DNA of 64,000 nucleotides, taken from NCBI GenBank assembly GCA_051362555.1, contig CM120642.1, positions 30,442,001-30,506,000 of the forward strand, given 5' to 3'. Made by a program: the position numbers and the translations under genes. The DNA is from Lingula anatina. Its lineage: Eukaryota; Animalia; Brachiopoda. Every line of letters begins with the position of its first letter. The first letter of the stretch is position 1. The notes under the pieces were generated by a model. The model had not been told where the DNA came from. It was given only the letters and a program-made list of their open reading frames with translations, and did no database searches. This document shows, in pieces, positions 26,870 through 40,345 of this stretch.

Positions 26870-29366
26870 ATGACAGAGTGTTTTTCGCCAGTACTCTTAG
26901 TGGTACTTACCCTCACCATTTGTACGGGCGAAATAATTGATAAACAAAATCACTTCTATAATATTGGGGAAGTTGTGTATGAAGCGAAAGTCGACCTTAG
27001 TCGTGAACATGACGGAAACAGACAAAAGTTATTTCGATCATTTCTTGGTCTTGATGGACTGGACGATGCGGTTGCAACATTCGTTGAGGACCTGAACGAG
27101 AAATCACTTGGTTTTAACGTCTCACAAACCTGTTTAACAAGGGTCGAACATTTCCTTACCGGGATTCAGAAGAGGCAGAAGTGGGCTCTACGAAGTGAGT
27201 AACTTTATTGAGTGGAAAATTGATTTCATTTACAATGTACATCATACTGTATATGCAGGTTTGCCAAATAAAAATGCCAAATGTAAATAAACGCACTATA
27301 GATATAATAAGTTCACACAATACTTACCTCTGAAGAGTTACTCTTATATAACAATAAATTTAATCCATATAAAACCAACGTATTGCCATCTATACACAGA
27401 CAAATATGCAAATATACGTAGCACACACTTTTATTTGATATAAAAGACAAGGTAATCAATACTTTATTTGTCATAACATCGTAGAAAATACGCCAACAGA
27501 TTTGCATGCCCCAATCTGTTCAGTTGGGCAAATTGGCAATTTGCTCCACTGTAGAACTTAAAAACACTTTGGCATATATAATAAAACATGTGCAAAGCAA
27601 AATTTACATCTTTGGGAGCCATCATTCGTATTTTGTCATTTATCGGTTATTTAATTGATCACGGGACAGAAGCGTGAAATTTGCCTGTGGCCACTTCTAT
27701 GTCCTAAGTAACGCACGCAAATCGTGTACGATTTTATCGTACGGCGCCCGTGGCAAATGTTATCTAGGCTTTACGTGCTCTTTGCGACAGAGCATAGGCT
27801 ACAACAGGTATATCAATTTACTTCTTGTGGAAAATCTATTTTATTCTGAAAGTTGCACCGTGTGTCATAGCATGGAATTATTGCTTGACGAAAGTTGCAT
27901 TTGGGTGTGCTAAGCATGCTAAGCATAGTAAGGTCGGCATGACACCCAAACCAAATATAGAGGAGCATTTTCAATGTCAAAAAAAATTGTAATAATTCAA
28001 ATTTGTAATCATAGTTTCACATTTATGATACAATATTTAGAACAAGAATGGAAAATAGTTGACTCAATGCTTATTTTACTATCAGTAGTATTCCCCCATT
28101 TTTGTTATTCAAGACAAGGAAACTAAACAAATTATCAAAAACAATTAACTGCTCTACATAAAAATAATGATTTAACAACGCTGTACTTGTAGGAAATAAA
28201 CCAAAGAACAAAACCAGTGATGATTGAATTTTCAAAATTTTTTTTGAGCAAAACTTTTCCACAGCTTGACATTTTGCATTGGTGACAGTATCGTATTTTC
28301 CTTTTTGGGGTAAGACAGTGAATTATTTTTATCATTCATGGTTCCAGAAGATTAAAACTTTGATACAAAATTCTTCATGTGGGACCCTAAAATAATCAAA
28401 CAGTTTGCAATCAGTGTAATAAATATTTTTTAAGAGCGTTCATGTTACCTTATTTGCACCTCTATATTTGGTTTGGGAGGAAGTGTTACTCCTTCTAGCC
28501 ATATACTATGTTAACAAGGCATGCTGCTCCTCCCACCTTTCATTTTACTGTCCTGACCCCTTTGGTCTGTCTTTTTGTTGTGTCATTAATATCTCTGCTA
28601 ACTGGCGAATAATCAGTGCTCCTCCATTCGCTATAAATCCCCAACTTTTATCTCCGATATAAATCTGGACACTTCAGTAATGACAAAGTGCATGCACAAA
28701 CGGTATAAATTTTCAGCATCTTATCTTCTCTAAAAATGTTATGTCATAAATATCTCTGCTAACTGGCAAAGAATCAGTGCTCCTCCATTCGCTATAAATC
28801 CCCAACTTTTATCTCCGATATAAATCTGGACACTTCAGCAATGAACAAGTTCACGCACAAATGGTATAAATTTTCAGCATCTTATCTCCACTAAAAATCG
28901 GCGTACTTCAAGTGGAACTGGAGAATCACTGTACCCACACAGTGCATGTGTGTGTGTGTGTGTGTGTGTGAGCGCGCGCCTCAACAAATGCGACATTTCT
29001 AGACGGCTTGGCGTACCAACCGTTATTTAAAGTACTCAAAAGCAAAGTTGCCGCAAATCCGCTTGGTGAGAGATTTTATGAACAAAACAACATTATGCTT
29101 TTGAACCTGCAACCTGTCAAAAGCCCAGCCTAACATAAACCCAAAGGAGCCCAACAGTAGAACCGAGCGTAGAGGATTCTTATCGTACACCCCCCCTATT
29201 TATATGAATACTAGTTCGCTAGTTTGAAAATTGGAATTGATTGCAGTCCCATGAAGAATTATCCAGCTGAAATGAGAATAGAATCTCTATGCAAGAGAGC
29301 TAGGAACATATTGAAAATCCACAGGAAGTGTGGAGTATTACCGCGTTTTTTTTTTCTTTCTTTTTT

Positions 29367-29407
<41 letters not shown>

Positions 29408-29932
29408 ATGTTCAACGATGAAACATTTTTATCTGCAATTATGCACTAAAGAAAATTGATATTTGCAACAAAATGTTTAGATTTATTAGTTGTGACGGTC
29501 TTTCTGTGCAAGTGTGTATAGTAAAATTTGTATTTTAAAACAAATTGATAATATACAAAGTGATAACATATATACTTGTATACCGATTTGGTTATTGTCC
29601 CCTTGAAAAATACTTATCATGTAAACCGTTGATATACCTGGAATCATTATTTTAGCATAATTAATAAGCCCTTCATTCCAAATGTTTTTGTAGTGCTGGA
29701 TGCCACGGGTAAAATGGGAAGCGGGATGTTAGACGGCAATACGCGTTGGTACGGCTCGTACAGCGAGTGCAACAAAGTTCAGGCCAGTTTACATTACAAC
29801 GATAGCGCTGGCTTTAATTCTAGTCAGAGTTTTGAAGTTAAGGATTCCTTCGAGGGACAGTACTGTACTGCAAAGTTTTCTGTGCCTCAAAGTCTTGTGA
29901 GTATTATAAAAATTCATTGTGTTGTCTCAGAG

Positions 29933-29975
<43 letters not shown>

Positions 29976-32900
29976 TGTGTGTGTTAGTTTTGTAATTGAT
30001 CTGTGAGAGAGAGTTGTATGCTTTATTTGTGTGCATTCGTACTCACTTGCATACAAATGTATCTTCAAACAATTGTGTACGTATAAAATTGTGAGTAAAT
30101 TGTGAAAAATACAGATAGTAGTGAGTGAGATGAGTGTTACCTCTATATTGGTCTTCATCACACTTAAGTGCTTACAAACGTGTATTAATCTACACTGCAG
30201 GTTGGCCATTCCGTGTCACTAACTCTGGGGATCTGTGTCCCAAGTGGCTGTAGTGGGGAAGATATCAGAACCATAGTTGATAACAGTGAGTGTTACACAC
30301 GTTGTCTTTGCACTCTGCTCCACTTTTAAACCATTACAAGGCACGGTTTATTGAATTAAATCCATTAGATTACTATTGTGCCATGCACACTCCTTTCAGT
30401 CAATTGGTGACAAAGATACAGAAGGGCAACAAACTTGTTATACGCCTCTTTTCAGGTACTCTTCCAAAAACTTGGAAGCAAAAAACTTGGCCATCCTTTG
30501 CTCCATTAACATCAGATTTTAAAATCATGTTAACATAATGTAAAAATTCGTATCACACTTTCAGTGTTAAATCTAAAGATGGTGCCCGTTTCCTGCAAAC
30601 CAAAAGAGCTACCTTGGACTTCCGGTGCTATTGCAGCATTGTACGTATTTCAGAATGTCTACAAGGAAATCACAACAGCGCAAATGTATTGACAGCAAAT
30701 ATAACTGTCGGGTTATTTTGAAACTACCTCAAGGTTTTCGTGCTTTGAAATACTTTCAATTAGGTAAGATGTTGAAAAAACGTCTACAAAACGTAAAACT
30801 GCCAACAGTTAACTTGAAAAATATCTTAAGTGAAGAAGCCGAATTAAAAAAAATCCTTCGCAGATACAAATAGAAACTTGCCCGGCTAAACAAGGAACTA
30901 TTTAAATTATTCCTTATTGTATTTTAAAACAGGTGTATAACTGGGACACTTTTGCTCTTGGTCTTAATGGCCACTATGTATGACGTCATCGATCAAAGGT
31001 TGCTGACGTCAGGGACAGCACAGCAGGTTATCCCATGTGACGACACAGGGGAAAGGGTTTCTACAGTTCAAGGAGATGGCTACTCCGCTATATCTCCGTC
31101 TTGTTATCTACCTGCCCCACCAAGAGAAAAAGGTAATCGACATGAAATGGATATAAACGATTGATTTAAAAGATGAGAATAATGTTATAATTTTTGTTTG
31201 CAGATTACACTTTTTATCACTGCCATGGAAATCCGTACACTTGTTCATAAAGTTGCCTCCACAAATCGTTGCGTTTTGTCTTTATTAAAATATGCACTTT
31301 TAGGAATTGATTCTTAGCTCCATGTGTTTGTCCTACGCAGACTTTATATACATGTTAAAGTTCCGTTCTTATATACATTGTGCTCGGTATTGGAAGCATG
31401 TTACAGAGCTTACCTTCGGTTTTCATCTTTTTAGGTACTTTTTATCAAACTTAAGTATTGTTGGGCTGTGTGATTATATTGTTCTGTTGATAACATAACA
31501 TGTTCTTGTGGTCAAGGCGTATTTGGCTATTTCAGGCATAATTCACAAAGTCATTATAGCCTTCTCTGTGTACACCAATGCAGCCAAGGTCCTAAGTGCC
31601 AAGCAACCGTCTGGTGCTCTGAATTGTCTCAATGGTATCCGGTTCCTCAGCCTAACTTGGGTTATTTGGGGTCATACGTTCTATGATATGTTTGGTCAAG
31701 TTAGTAAGTACACATTTAAGAATTGATAACTGGGATAAAATTGTTGTTTTGCGGAATATAAGCAAAAATCTGGAGGTATATCACAGTAGCTGCCAAGTTT
31801 TGAAATTTATTTTTGTAATACTGATTATAAGATGTGAGTTTGGAACGTTTATACCACTTGTTTAGAAAACGTTTACATACAGAATTGGAGTAAACCATTG
31901 CATTGCATTCCATAGGAAAATAATTAATTGCACAATAGTTTATAATGAAAGAGAAAAAAACGGAATAGAAACATTTGCATACTAGAAAGAATAATGTACT
32001 GGATCTTTGTGTGTGCGTCTCTGAGCGTTTGTGCGCAATTATTCAAGGTATTGTATCCATTTTAGAGAATATTGCGTACTATGAGTACGGCCTTGTACAG
32101 CGCAAGTCCATGCAAGTAGTGCTCCAAGCGACTTGTGCGGTTGATACATTTTTTGTCATGAGGTTAGATCTTTACAAGTATTTATTGGCATCGTTCGCGA
32201 ATTACTTGTGTCAAAAAATTAATTTCACAAGTGTCAAATAACTATATCATTTGCAAAACATAAGGCTTATTTATGAAAATCTTTGACTAGTTTCGTAATC
32301 GATTTATCCTTTAATTAATTGTTTTTTTTTTAGTAATTAAGACAAAATATTTATGTAAAACAAATTATCTTTCAGTGGCCTACTTGTCACATATCTAGCC
32401 ATGCGTGAAATGACGAAGGGAACATTAAGAGGAAAACTGCGCATGCTCAGGATAAACTGGGGAATGTATTATTTCCACAGGTTTTGGAGGTCTGTAGAAT
32501 ATTTTAGACATTTGCGATTGTATGTTTGTATTAAATCACCATTATCCTACTCACAACATGAGTATATTTTAAGCATTATGATGTTTCCATAAATTGGAAT
32601 ATTTTAGAAAATTGAATATTTAAGTAATTTGTCCATAGCTCTCACGTTTTGTGTAAATTTACAAAATAATTTAATCATTATTAACACCAATTCATAGGCT
32701 GACCCCGCCGTACATGTTAGTGATATTGGTGTACGCCGCAACGTGCAGATACTGGTCTAATGGACCTATGTGGGCAGGGGAAAGTGTGGCAAAATACTGC
32801 AGAGATTCCTGGTGGACTAACTTACTATACATCAACAATGTAGTGAACACTGACAAGATGGTAGGTAATTTTACAACTGTATGTTAACCATGGAATTAGT

Positions 32901-35346
32901 ATTTCGTACATGTGGATCTTCTGGATTACTGGACACTGGAAACTGTGAAAGCTCTGTGCCATTCCCCGGAGCACTGTTTACTCTTGGTGACGTAAATTTA
33001 TACTTTGTTATCTTTATTTCCAGTGTTTGGGATGGTCGTGGTATTTGGCCAATGACATGCAATTCTTTGTGATAACACCTTTTATCTTACTGCCTCTGTT
33101 TTGGTAAGTACAAATACCGGTACTTCTTGGTGCATTCCATATTCCGGCCTGCTCTAACTCATTACACATAAGCATAATGCGTTAGGCATAAGAGTTCTTG
33201 AAAAATGTTCCAGTACAAAGGTTTTTTTTTCTCTCTGTGTTAGTGTATTCATCAGACAGTTTTACGTTTCTTTCAAACGTCTAACCCAATATTGTTGTAT
33301 ATACCATTTTTATTGGTAGTACTTTTATCGCCTCTTTTGCTACGTCCGGTTCTTTTTCGTGAGAGTTAAAAATATTTATAAAAGTCTGATAGAAGAAACA
33401 ATTACTAATCTTAACAAAAAATATCCGTTTTAGGAGTAGGATTGCCGGCGCAGTCATCATGTTTCTGTTATTGCTAGGCTGTTGGATATCATCTGGTTTC
33501 GTCTCGGCCTACCATGAGTTTGGACCCGGTGGAATGGAATTGAATACGTGAGTTTAATTTACATGATATATCGCTGAGATACCTTAAGTGATAGGAATTA
33601 CCAGAATGATATCGTATTGTACTGATTGTAGTGGAATTGGCATAATATGTATGAAAAAGCAAAGATATGACCAAAACCGACCTACGACGATACTATAATT
33701 GATAAAGTCATTTCCCCTAAATACAAAGACAGAAAGTAATAAAAACAGAAATTGATAAAGTAGACGCTCTCTGAAATTAAACACATCGTTAATTTGCAAT
33801 ATATATCAATATTCATGGTAGTACTCACAGTGTGGCAATGAAACAAAGTCTTTTTCTTCTCTTAAGGGGAGATATCCGCAACTATTACTACCACATCATG
33901 TACATCAAGCCTTGGTGTAGAATAGGACCATACCTTGTAGGAATGGCAACTGGATATGTACTACACGTCACTCAGTGCAAACCCAAGGCAAACTGGGTAA
34001 CTGTAGTTGATTACATAGGTCACGATGGCAGATATATCATTTACTTTGTATTACAATAACATTATTTGATGTTCGATGATATCCATGTGGAAATAATATT
34101 ATACCATACTTGTTATATTGTAACTTTCAAAATTATTATCATTGAGACAGAGAAACCGGTGAATCAATATCCATGCATTTATGTTTAATTATCTTATGCA
34201 GATAGCACTATAACTCATCGTTTACTGTTTTTAAATGATCCAGGCTTCTAAGGTGTACGTCTGTATATGGTTTTAGAGTGCATTTTACACAATTAGCCAA
34301 AACCGTTTTTATAATTTTCAAAACTATTTCGGCACCAACTACACCAACAATACTTTGCTAGATAACTGGGATTTCAACCGAACTTTACATAACAATTTCG
34401 TAAATTGACTTCAGGTCGTAGCATTGGTTGCCTGGGCTGTCACCATAGCGATATTAGCCTGGTTAGTGTTTGGTCTGTATGGTCACATCAATGGTCATCC
34501 GTGGAATTACCAGGTGGCAGCACTATACAATGCCACGTCCAGGACACTATGGGGCGCATGCGTAGCTTGGGTGATCTATGCCTGCTGCACCGGTTATGGG
34601 GGTATGTACTGGTAACTTGGCACTAATTTCAGAGTACTATTGGCTGTATGATTTTCTCTGAACAGAGCAAGTTTTTTCACTGACAACCAAAATGAAAAAT
34701 AATTCAACAGCCGTTTCAAGTATAAAAATTTTAACTTAAAATAAAAGACATTTTTTTTTGTTGTTTCTTTAAAAGGAATTTTCATGAATATCTTCTGTTC
34801 ATTCATTTCATACCTTTTGCATTAAGAAGATGAACAACATTTTAATTCACATTTACAGGTATTGTCAATGATATTTTGTCCTGGAATGCTTTCGTACCTT
34901 TAAGTCGACTGACCTATTGTGCCTACCTTGTCCACCCCATTATCATGTCTGCGGTCTATCAGATGAAAGAGGAAACTATTTTTGCAACTGACATGACCAT
35001 GGTAAACTCCTTTCTTGTTAAGATTATCACAGTGACGCAATTAAAAGTCTTGATCTGCCTCAATTGCAGGAGATAAATTATGAATGTTGACATACTGGCC
35101 TTTTCGTTTACTGTATTAAAAAAATCAAATAATCATAATGTATTTGTAGTTTTGTTAAGTCAAATATTTATATTGTGAGAGATGTTTTGTGAATCTCAAA
35201 AATATCTGTTCGTTAATTTGTTTTGGCTTCAATTTTTTCAGACTTATTATTTCTTCGGGCACCTCGTGATGTCATACGGTTGCGCCTTCGTGGTCTCCAT
35301 GGTGTTTGAGGCGCCTATGTTAGGATTGGAGAAGGCCATTCTGTAG
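26870..35346 (+). CDS. NRF-6/OACYL-like O-acyltransferase, copy D (second subfamily), complete
   Basis: Exons 26870-27194 (signal peptide MTECFSPVLLVVLTLTICTG), 29694-29896 (LDATGKMGSGMLDGNTRWYGSYSEC), 30201-30285, 30565-30640, 30933-31132, 31536-31703, 32066-32162, 32376-32489, 32698-32860, 33024-33103, 33434-33547, 33867-33996, 34415-34601, 34859-35001, 35242-35346. Same intron phases as A-C. Confidence 0.88.
28588..28898 (+). repeat. Tandem direct repeat, 161-bp period, ~2 copies, D intron 1
   Basis: ATCTCTGCTAACTGGC...CAGCATCTTATCT starts at 28591 and again at 28752. Confidence 0.85.
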
Positions 35347-35798
35347 GGCGGACAATAAACTGACTATATACAGAGCAGACTATATACAGAGCAGAGGGGT
35401 CGTATCGTGTTGGCTCAACAAATGGTTCTGCTGTCATTTCGTCTTATGCTTTGCAACATTGTTTACATCTAACTGGAAATTTACAAAATTCTTAAGAAAC
35501 ACTGGGAGTGCTTGCTTCAATACACAAACAGAATGATAAAAAAATGAAAGACGTTGCCGTACAATTTTTAATATATAGTTTGTTGGTTTCTACACGAGGT
35601 ACATTGCATTTCTTTAGATAAATGACGCTGTGCGTAATCAGAATGGCCAATGTATTTTTGTTTGATTTCATGACATATATATTAGTGATGCACTAGCTTC
35701 TTTCCACTCACGTTCATTGTTCACGTTCACGTTAAATGAACAGTCAATACAACAATTGATTGTGTTTAAATATAAGAGGAGTTTATATTATTTCAAAT

Positions 35799-35802
35799 TA
35801 TA

Positions 35803-35867
<65 letters not shown>
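35799..35867. repeat. (TA)n microsatellite
   Basis: Directly visible. Similar TA runs occur at 38922-38975 and 43059-43128. Confidence 0.95.
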
Positions 35868-35871
<4 letters not shown>

Positions 35872-36121
35872 ATTAGGGAAACATATTTCTTTATTTCACG
35901 ATAGTACCCTGTAAATGGTATGTATCTATATCTATTAATTATCAAACCGTTACTTATAGAACTGTGTGTTATCTCTGTGCCTGGAAATTACAATATTAAG
36001 ATTAGATGAATAATAAAGCTATTGGATTATCAAGATGTTCAGGTACCTTAAACAAACCTCCGCAATTCTTCGACGAAATTGAAAAAAAATATCACAGTGC
36101 TTCATGAAAGAGCACTGAAAA

Positions 36122-36387
36122 ATGGCGGTGTATTTTTCGCAGGTAATCGTATTTGCGCTGATCCTCAACGCCTCTACGGGCCACAAAATTGAAAAAAAGA
36201 AAATCACTTCTATAATTTTGAAGAAAACATGCGTGCAGCGAAAGACGCCTTTAGTCATGAACAGTTGCAACATTCGTTATAAACCCAAACGAGAAATCAC
36301 ATTGTTTTAACGTCTCACAAACCTGTTTAACAAGAGTAGAACATTTCCTTATCGGGATTCAGAAGAGGCAGAAGTTGGCTTTACAAA
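36122..36387 (+). pseudogene. Orphan, frameshifted exon 1 of an F-type acyltransferase copy
   Basis: MAVYFSQVIVFALILNASTG matches F exon 1 (MTLYLSQVILFALILNASTG). It has an A-run frameshift and an internal deletion, ends at ttacaaa|gtaagt, and no exon 2 follows. Confidence 0.85.
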
Positions 36388-37063
36388 GTAAGTATCACTA
36401 GAAATGTAAGCTAAACATACACTATATGCTCTAATATCAAGATCAACTAATTTTCAAACATATTTCTACACAGACAAATTTTGTAGTAGTATATGGGTAA
36501 CATAAGGGCAATGTTACGAATGTAGTTCTTGCCACTGTATTGTGTGGAATACACCAATCTGATGACTCGATTAGTACAAGACCCTCTGTACCAGGGCATT
36601 ACGTATGTACTTTAATCCTGTCCAACATGATTTGACATTTGTAGCATGGTCCTGTGTACCATGATTCTGCGCGTGTACAGTTACCAGGCTCCGTGTGCCA
36701 TGCCTCACGTTTTCTTTGCGTGTCCTTTCTCCTTGCATTTGTAAGTGAACAATCGATTTGGCACTTGTTCTTATATAAACATAGACAAGTTTTGATATTT
36801 AGAAATGAAGGGTTTTTGATGTTTATTATGAAAAAATCTGTCTCTGCTTCACAAACGGAAACAAAATGTAACCATGATCAATAGTTGGCAAGGCTGTCGT
36901 ATGTCATCTCCATACCTGAAAATTACAATATCGCTTTTTAAAAGAAAAGAATGGAAAAAAATTTATGAAAATTAAATTTAAGGATAATAAAACTATTGGA
37001 TGATCTAGATTATACTGTTCGAGCACCTTAAACAAACCACCGCAGCGTGGGATCTTTTCTCAG

Positions 37064-38137
37064 ATAAGATAAGATAAGATAAGATAAGATAAGAGTTTAT
37101 TTAGCCAATTATAAAAATCGGAAATCATTTTCCATTGGAGCAATATACAGAGTAAAATAATAAAATAATACAATAAATAAATAAATTAAGAATTTAGCTT
37201 TGAGATCAAATTAAAATACGTCACTGCACTTGGATAAAAGCTGTTTAAAAAGCGTTTACTGCCTTTAAAAGTTAAAAGTCTACTGTTGCTTGGTAAAAAA
37301 GTAAAAAGAGAGGATGCAGGATGGAAAGCGTCTTTCATGGTGTTGACAATTCTTTTCTCCATCCTGTCCTTAAAAATATCATCCAGCTTGGGGAGATCTT
37401 GCCCGATAATCCTGCTTGCAGTTTTTACAACGTTTGCTAATTTCTTCCTTTCCTCCCCAGCTGTTCCGCTATACCATATTATAATTCCGTACGCTAGAAT
37501 GCTTTCAATTACACACCTATAAAAATTGACTAAAATAGGCACACTATCAGTAAAAGTTCTCAATGATCTTAAAAAATACAGTCTTTGCCGTGCCTTCTTT
37601 ACACTCTTTACGGTGTTATCTTTCCAATTCAATTTACTGATAAGGTGTATACCAAGTAGTTTAAATTCCTCTACCCTACTAACTTCATCATTACCAATGG
37701 TGAGTGGTACCTTTACAATCTGATTCCTTTTAAAATCCACTATCATTTCTTTGGTTTTAGCTACGTTCAAGATAAGATCATTACTCTCGCACCAGCTTAA
37801 CAACGACTCAACAGATTCTCTATATGTACTCTCGTCATTATCAGTGACTAGCCCCACCAGCGTAGTATCGTCCGCAAATTTCACGAGAAAAGTCCCATCG
37901 CTTACACTAGTGCAATCGTAAGTAAAAAGGGAGTAAAGACAAGGTGAAAGGACGCATCCCTGTGGTGCACCGGTATTTAAGACTGTTATTTTTGAGCTAA
38001 ATGAGCCGACTTTAACAGATTGTCTTCTATCTAAAAGAAAGTCTAAAATCCAGTCACAAATAAAAACAGGTAGCTTAAGCTGGTTTAAAAGTTTCAAATA
38101 TAGTTTTTTTGGCACAATTGTGTTAAAAGCTGAACTG
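37064..38137 (-). mobile_element. 5'-truncated non-LTR retrotransposon (Rex1/Babar-like RT C-terminus) with (CTTAT)n tail
   Basis: Open ~315-aa frame SSAFNTI...GAPQGCVLSP...KFADDT...LNVAKTKEMIVDF...SFYPSAV; tandem ATAAG tail at 37064-37093. The 5' end abuts a CA microsatellite. Confidence 0.9.
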
Positions 38138-38171
38138 ATGACACACACACATGTAACGCGCGTGCATACAC

Positions 38172-38213
<42 letters not shown>

Positions 38214-38222
38214 TGCCATATA

Positions 38223-38918
38223 CAGGCCTAACCAACTACCAGACTCGGCACCTAAGGATCCAGAATTAACCGGTATATCGGACCACACTACCCGTTTTCA
38301 AGGTGTGTGTCAGATCGCATTTCGGAGTATCAGTCAGAACACCGACAGGATAAGCCCACGCTCGGCTGTCACCTTGATTATATAGTAAACGACTGTCGTA
38401 TTTAATCACTATATGATTTTAAAACCGAGGGCATAAATTTGAAAGCCACCTAGATGAACCTTAGACTGCCACATCAATCTAATACAATGCAAAAAAGCCC
38501 TATCAAAAGTGGTTAAAACATTCAAACCGAATGTCGTAAAGTCCCCATATACCCCCATAGAGAAAATGAAATGGAGTACTCTAAGTAATAGATAGACCCC
38601 TCGTCTGACGAGGGGTTTATCTTATTTAGACCACGGGTCCATTAGCGGGTTATTAACGCATTCTTGCGAGAAGTGTGGTTACGCGAGTTACACCACATCT
38701 GAGTCTTCTGTTCTTTACTTCCACTGTGGTCTAAAGTAAGAGTACAGTTTAAGGTTGTTCAGCCGAGCGTGGATGAGCCCGCAGTCGTCCTAAAAAAATT
38801 ATTCTAGGGTATGATACTCCGATATGCGATCTGACACACAACATGAAAACGGGTAGTGTGGTCCGATTTACCGGTTAATTCAGAATCCTTAGGTGCCGAG
38901 TCTGGTAGTTGGTTAGGC

Positions 38919-38921
<3 letters not shown>
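38223..38921. mobile_element. Non-autonomous TIR element (MITE) with ~110-150 bp TIRs
   Basis: Termini CAGGCCTAACCAACTACCAGACTCGGCACCTAAGGA... and ...TCCTTAGGTGCCGAGTCTGGTAGTTGGTTAGGCCTG. Flanked by ATATA on both sides (TSD length ambiguous in the TA run). Central hairpin ACCCCTCGTC-T-GACGAGGGGT. Absent from the equivalent D promoter. Confidence 0.88.
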
Positions 38922-38978
<57 letters not shown>

Positions 38979-39194
38979 GTAATTCATCTAGTCAAGAGGT
39001 AATCGACGTGTGCATGTCAGCTGATCAAGAGACCTGACGTCATGTGACTTCCATACTAACCCTGTTGGTGTCACTATTGCTACTCACAGCGACTGAGAAT
39101 ACACATAAGTAGTCAACAGGGGTAGTATTTGTGCAATCCCTGTGGCGGAATCGAATATTTTTTGTTACAACGTTTCAGTGACAAGTATTCAGAA

Positions 39195-40198
39195 ATGATA
39201 GTGTGTTCTGCGCAGGTACTCTTAGTTGTACTAACCTTCACCATTTGTACGGGGGAAATAATTGATAAACAAAATCACCTCTATGATACTGGAGAAGTTG
39301 TGTATGCAGCGAAAGTCGACATTAGTCGTGAACATGACGGAAACAGACAAAAGTTATTTCGATCATTTCTTGGTCTTGATGGACTAGTCGATGCGGTTGC
39401 AACATTCGTTGAGGACCTGAACGGGAAATCACTTGGTTTTAACGTCTCACAAACCTGTTTAACAAACCTGTTTAACAAGATTCGAACATTTCCTTACCGG
39501 GATTCAGGAGAGGCAGGTGTGGGCTTTACGAAGTGAATTGTGACTTACTTTATGTAATATAAAATCTATATCATTTACAATGACAAATATAAACAAACGC
39601 GCCATAGATGTTATAAGTCCACACAATAGTTACACCTGAACAGTCTCTTTAATAACAAACAAATATTCAATAGTATATGTAACACACTTTTTTTTCATAA
39701 AAGGCAATGTAATCAATACCCTATTTGTCATAACATCGTAGAAAATACGCCAATAGATTTGCAGTAGGCCCGATCTGTTCAGTTGGGCAAACTAAGTGGT
39801 AACCAGCGCCACTGTAGATCTTAAAAGGGTACTTTCGCGATAGTAATACAAACAAAAATTAACGTCTTTCGGTGCCGCCATTCGTATTTTGTCATTTATC
39901 TGTTATTTAACTGGACACGGGACAGAAGCGTAAAATTTGCCTGTGGCCACTTCCATGTCCAAAATATTGCACACAAATCGTGTACGATTTTATCGTATGG
40001 CGCCCGTGGCAAAATTTAACTAGGTTTTACGTATTCTTTGCTTAACGCAAATTGTTTTGGCTTCAATGATTTTTTTTTCAGATTTATTATTTCTTCGGGC
40101 ACCTCGTGATGTCATACGGTTGTGCCTTCGTGGTGTCCATGGTGTTTGAGGCGCCTATGTTAGGATTGGAGAAAGCCATTCTGAAGCGCGGACAATAA
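39195..40198 (+). pseudogene. Copy E: internally deleted D-type acyltransferase pseudogene (exon 1 + exon 15 only)
   Basis: D-like exon 1 with a 13-bp tandem duplication AAACCTGTTTAAC (39451-39476, frameshift). D-like intron 1 runs to ~40040 and is fused directly to last-intron sequence and an intact last exon 40082-40198 (YYFFGHLVMSYGCAFVVSMVFEAPMLGLEKAILKRGQ*). Confidence 0.88.
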
Positions 40199-40345
40199 AC
40201 TGGCTGTATTGCAAAGAGGGCATCTCTAATTACATGTAACACGAACAGGGATATTGTCAGGCATTTTACCTTATGACAAACAACAATATTTTCGTTTACA
40301 TCTTACTGAAAATTTACAAAAGCCTAAGAAACACTAGGGTGCTAG

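Noticed and set aside
38138-38235. CVCVCV N-terminus on the 349-aa RT ORF suggesting a fusion protein
   Set aside because: Read-through from the MITE end across a CA microsatellite into a 5'-truncated LINE; no evidence of a real gene.
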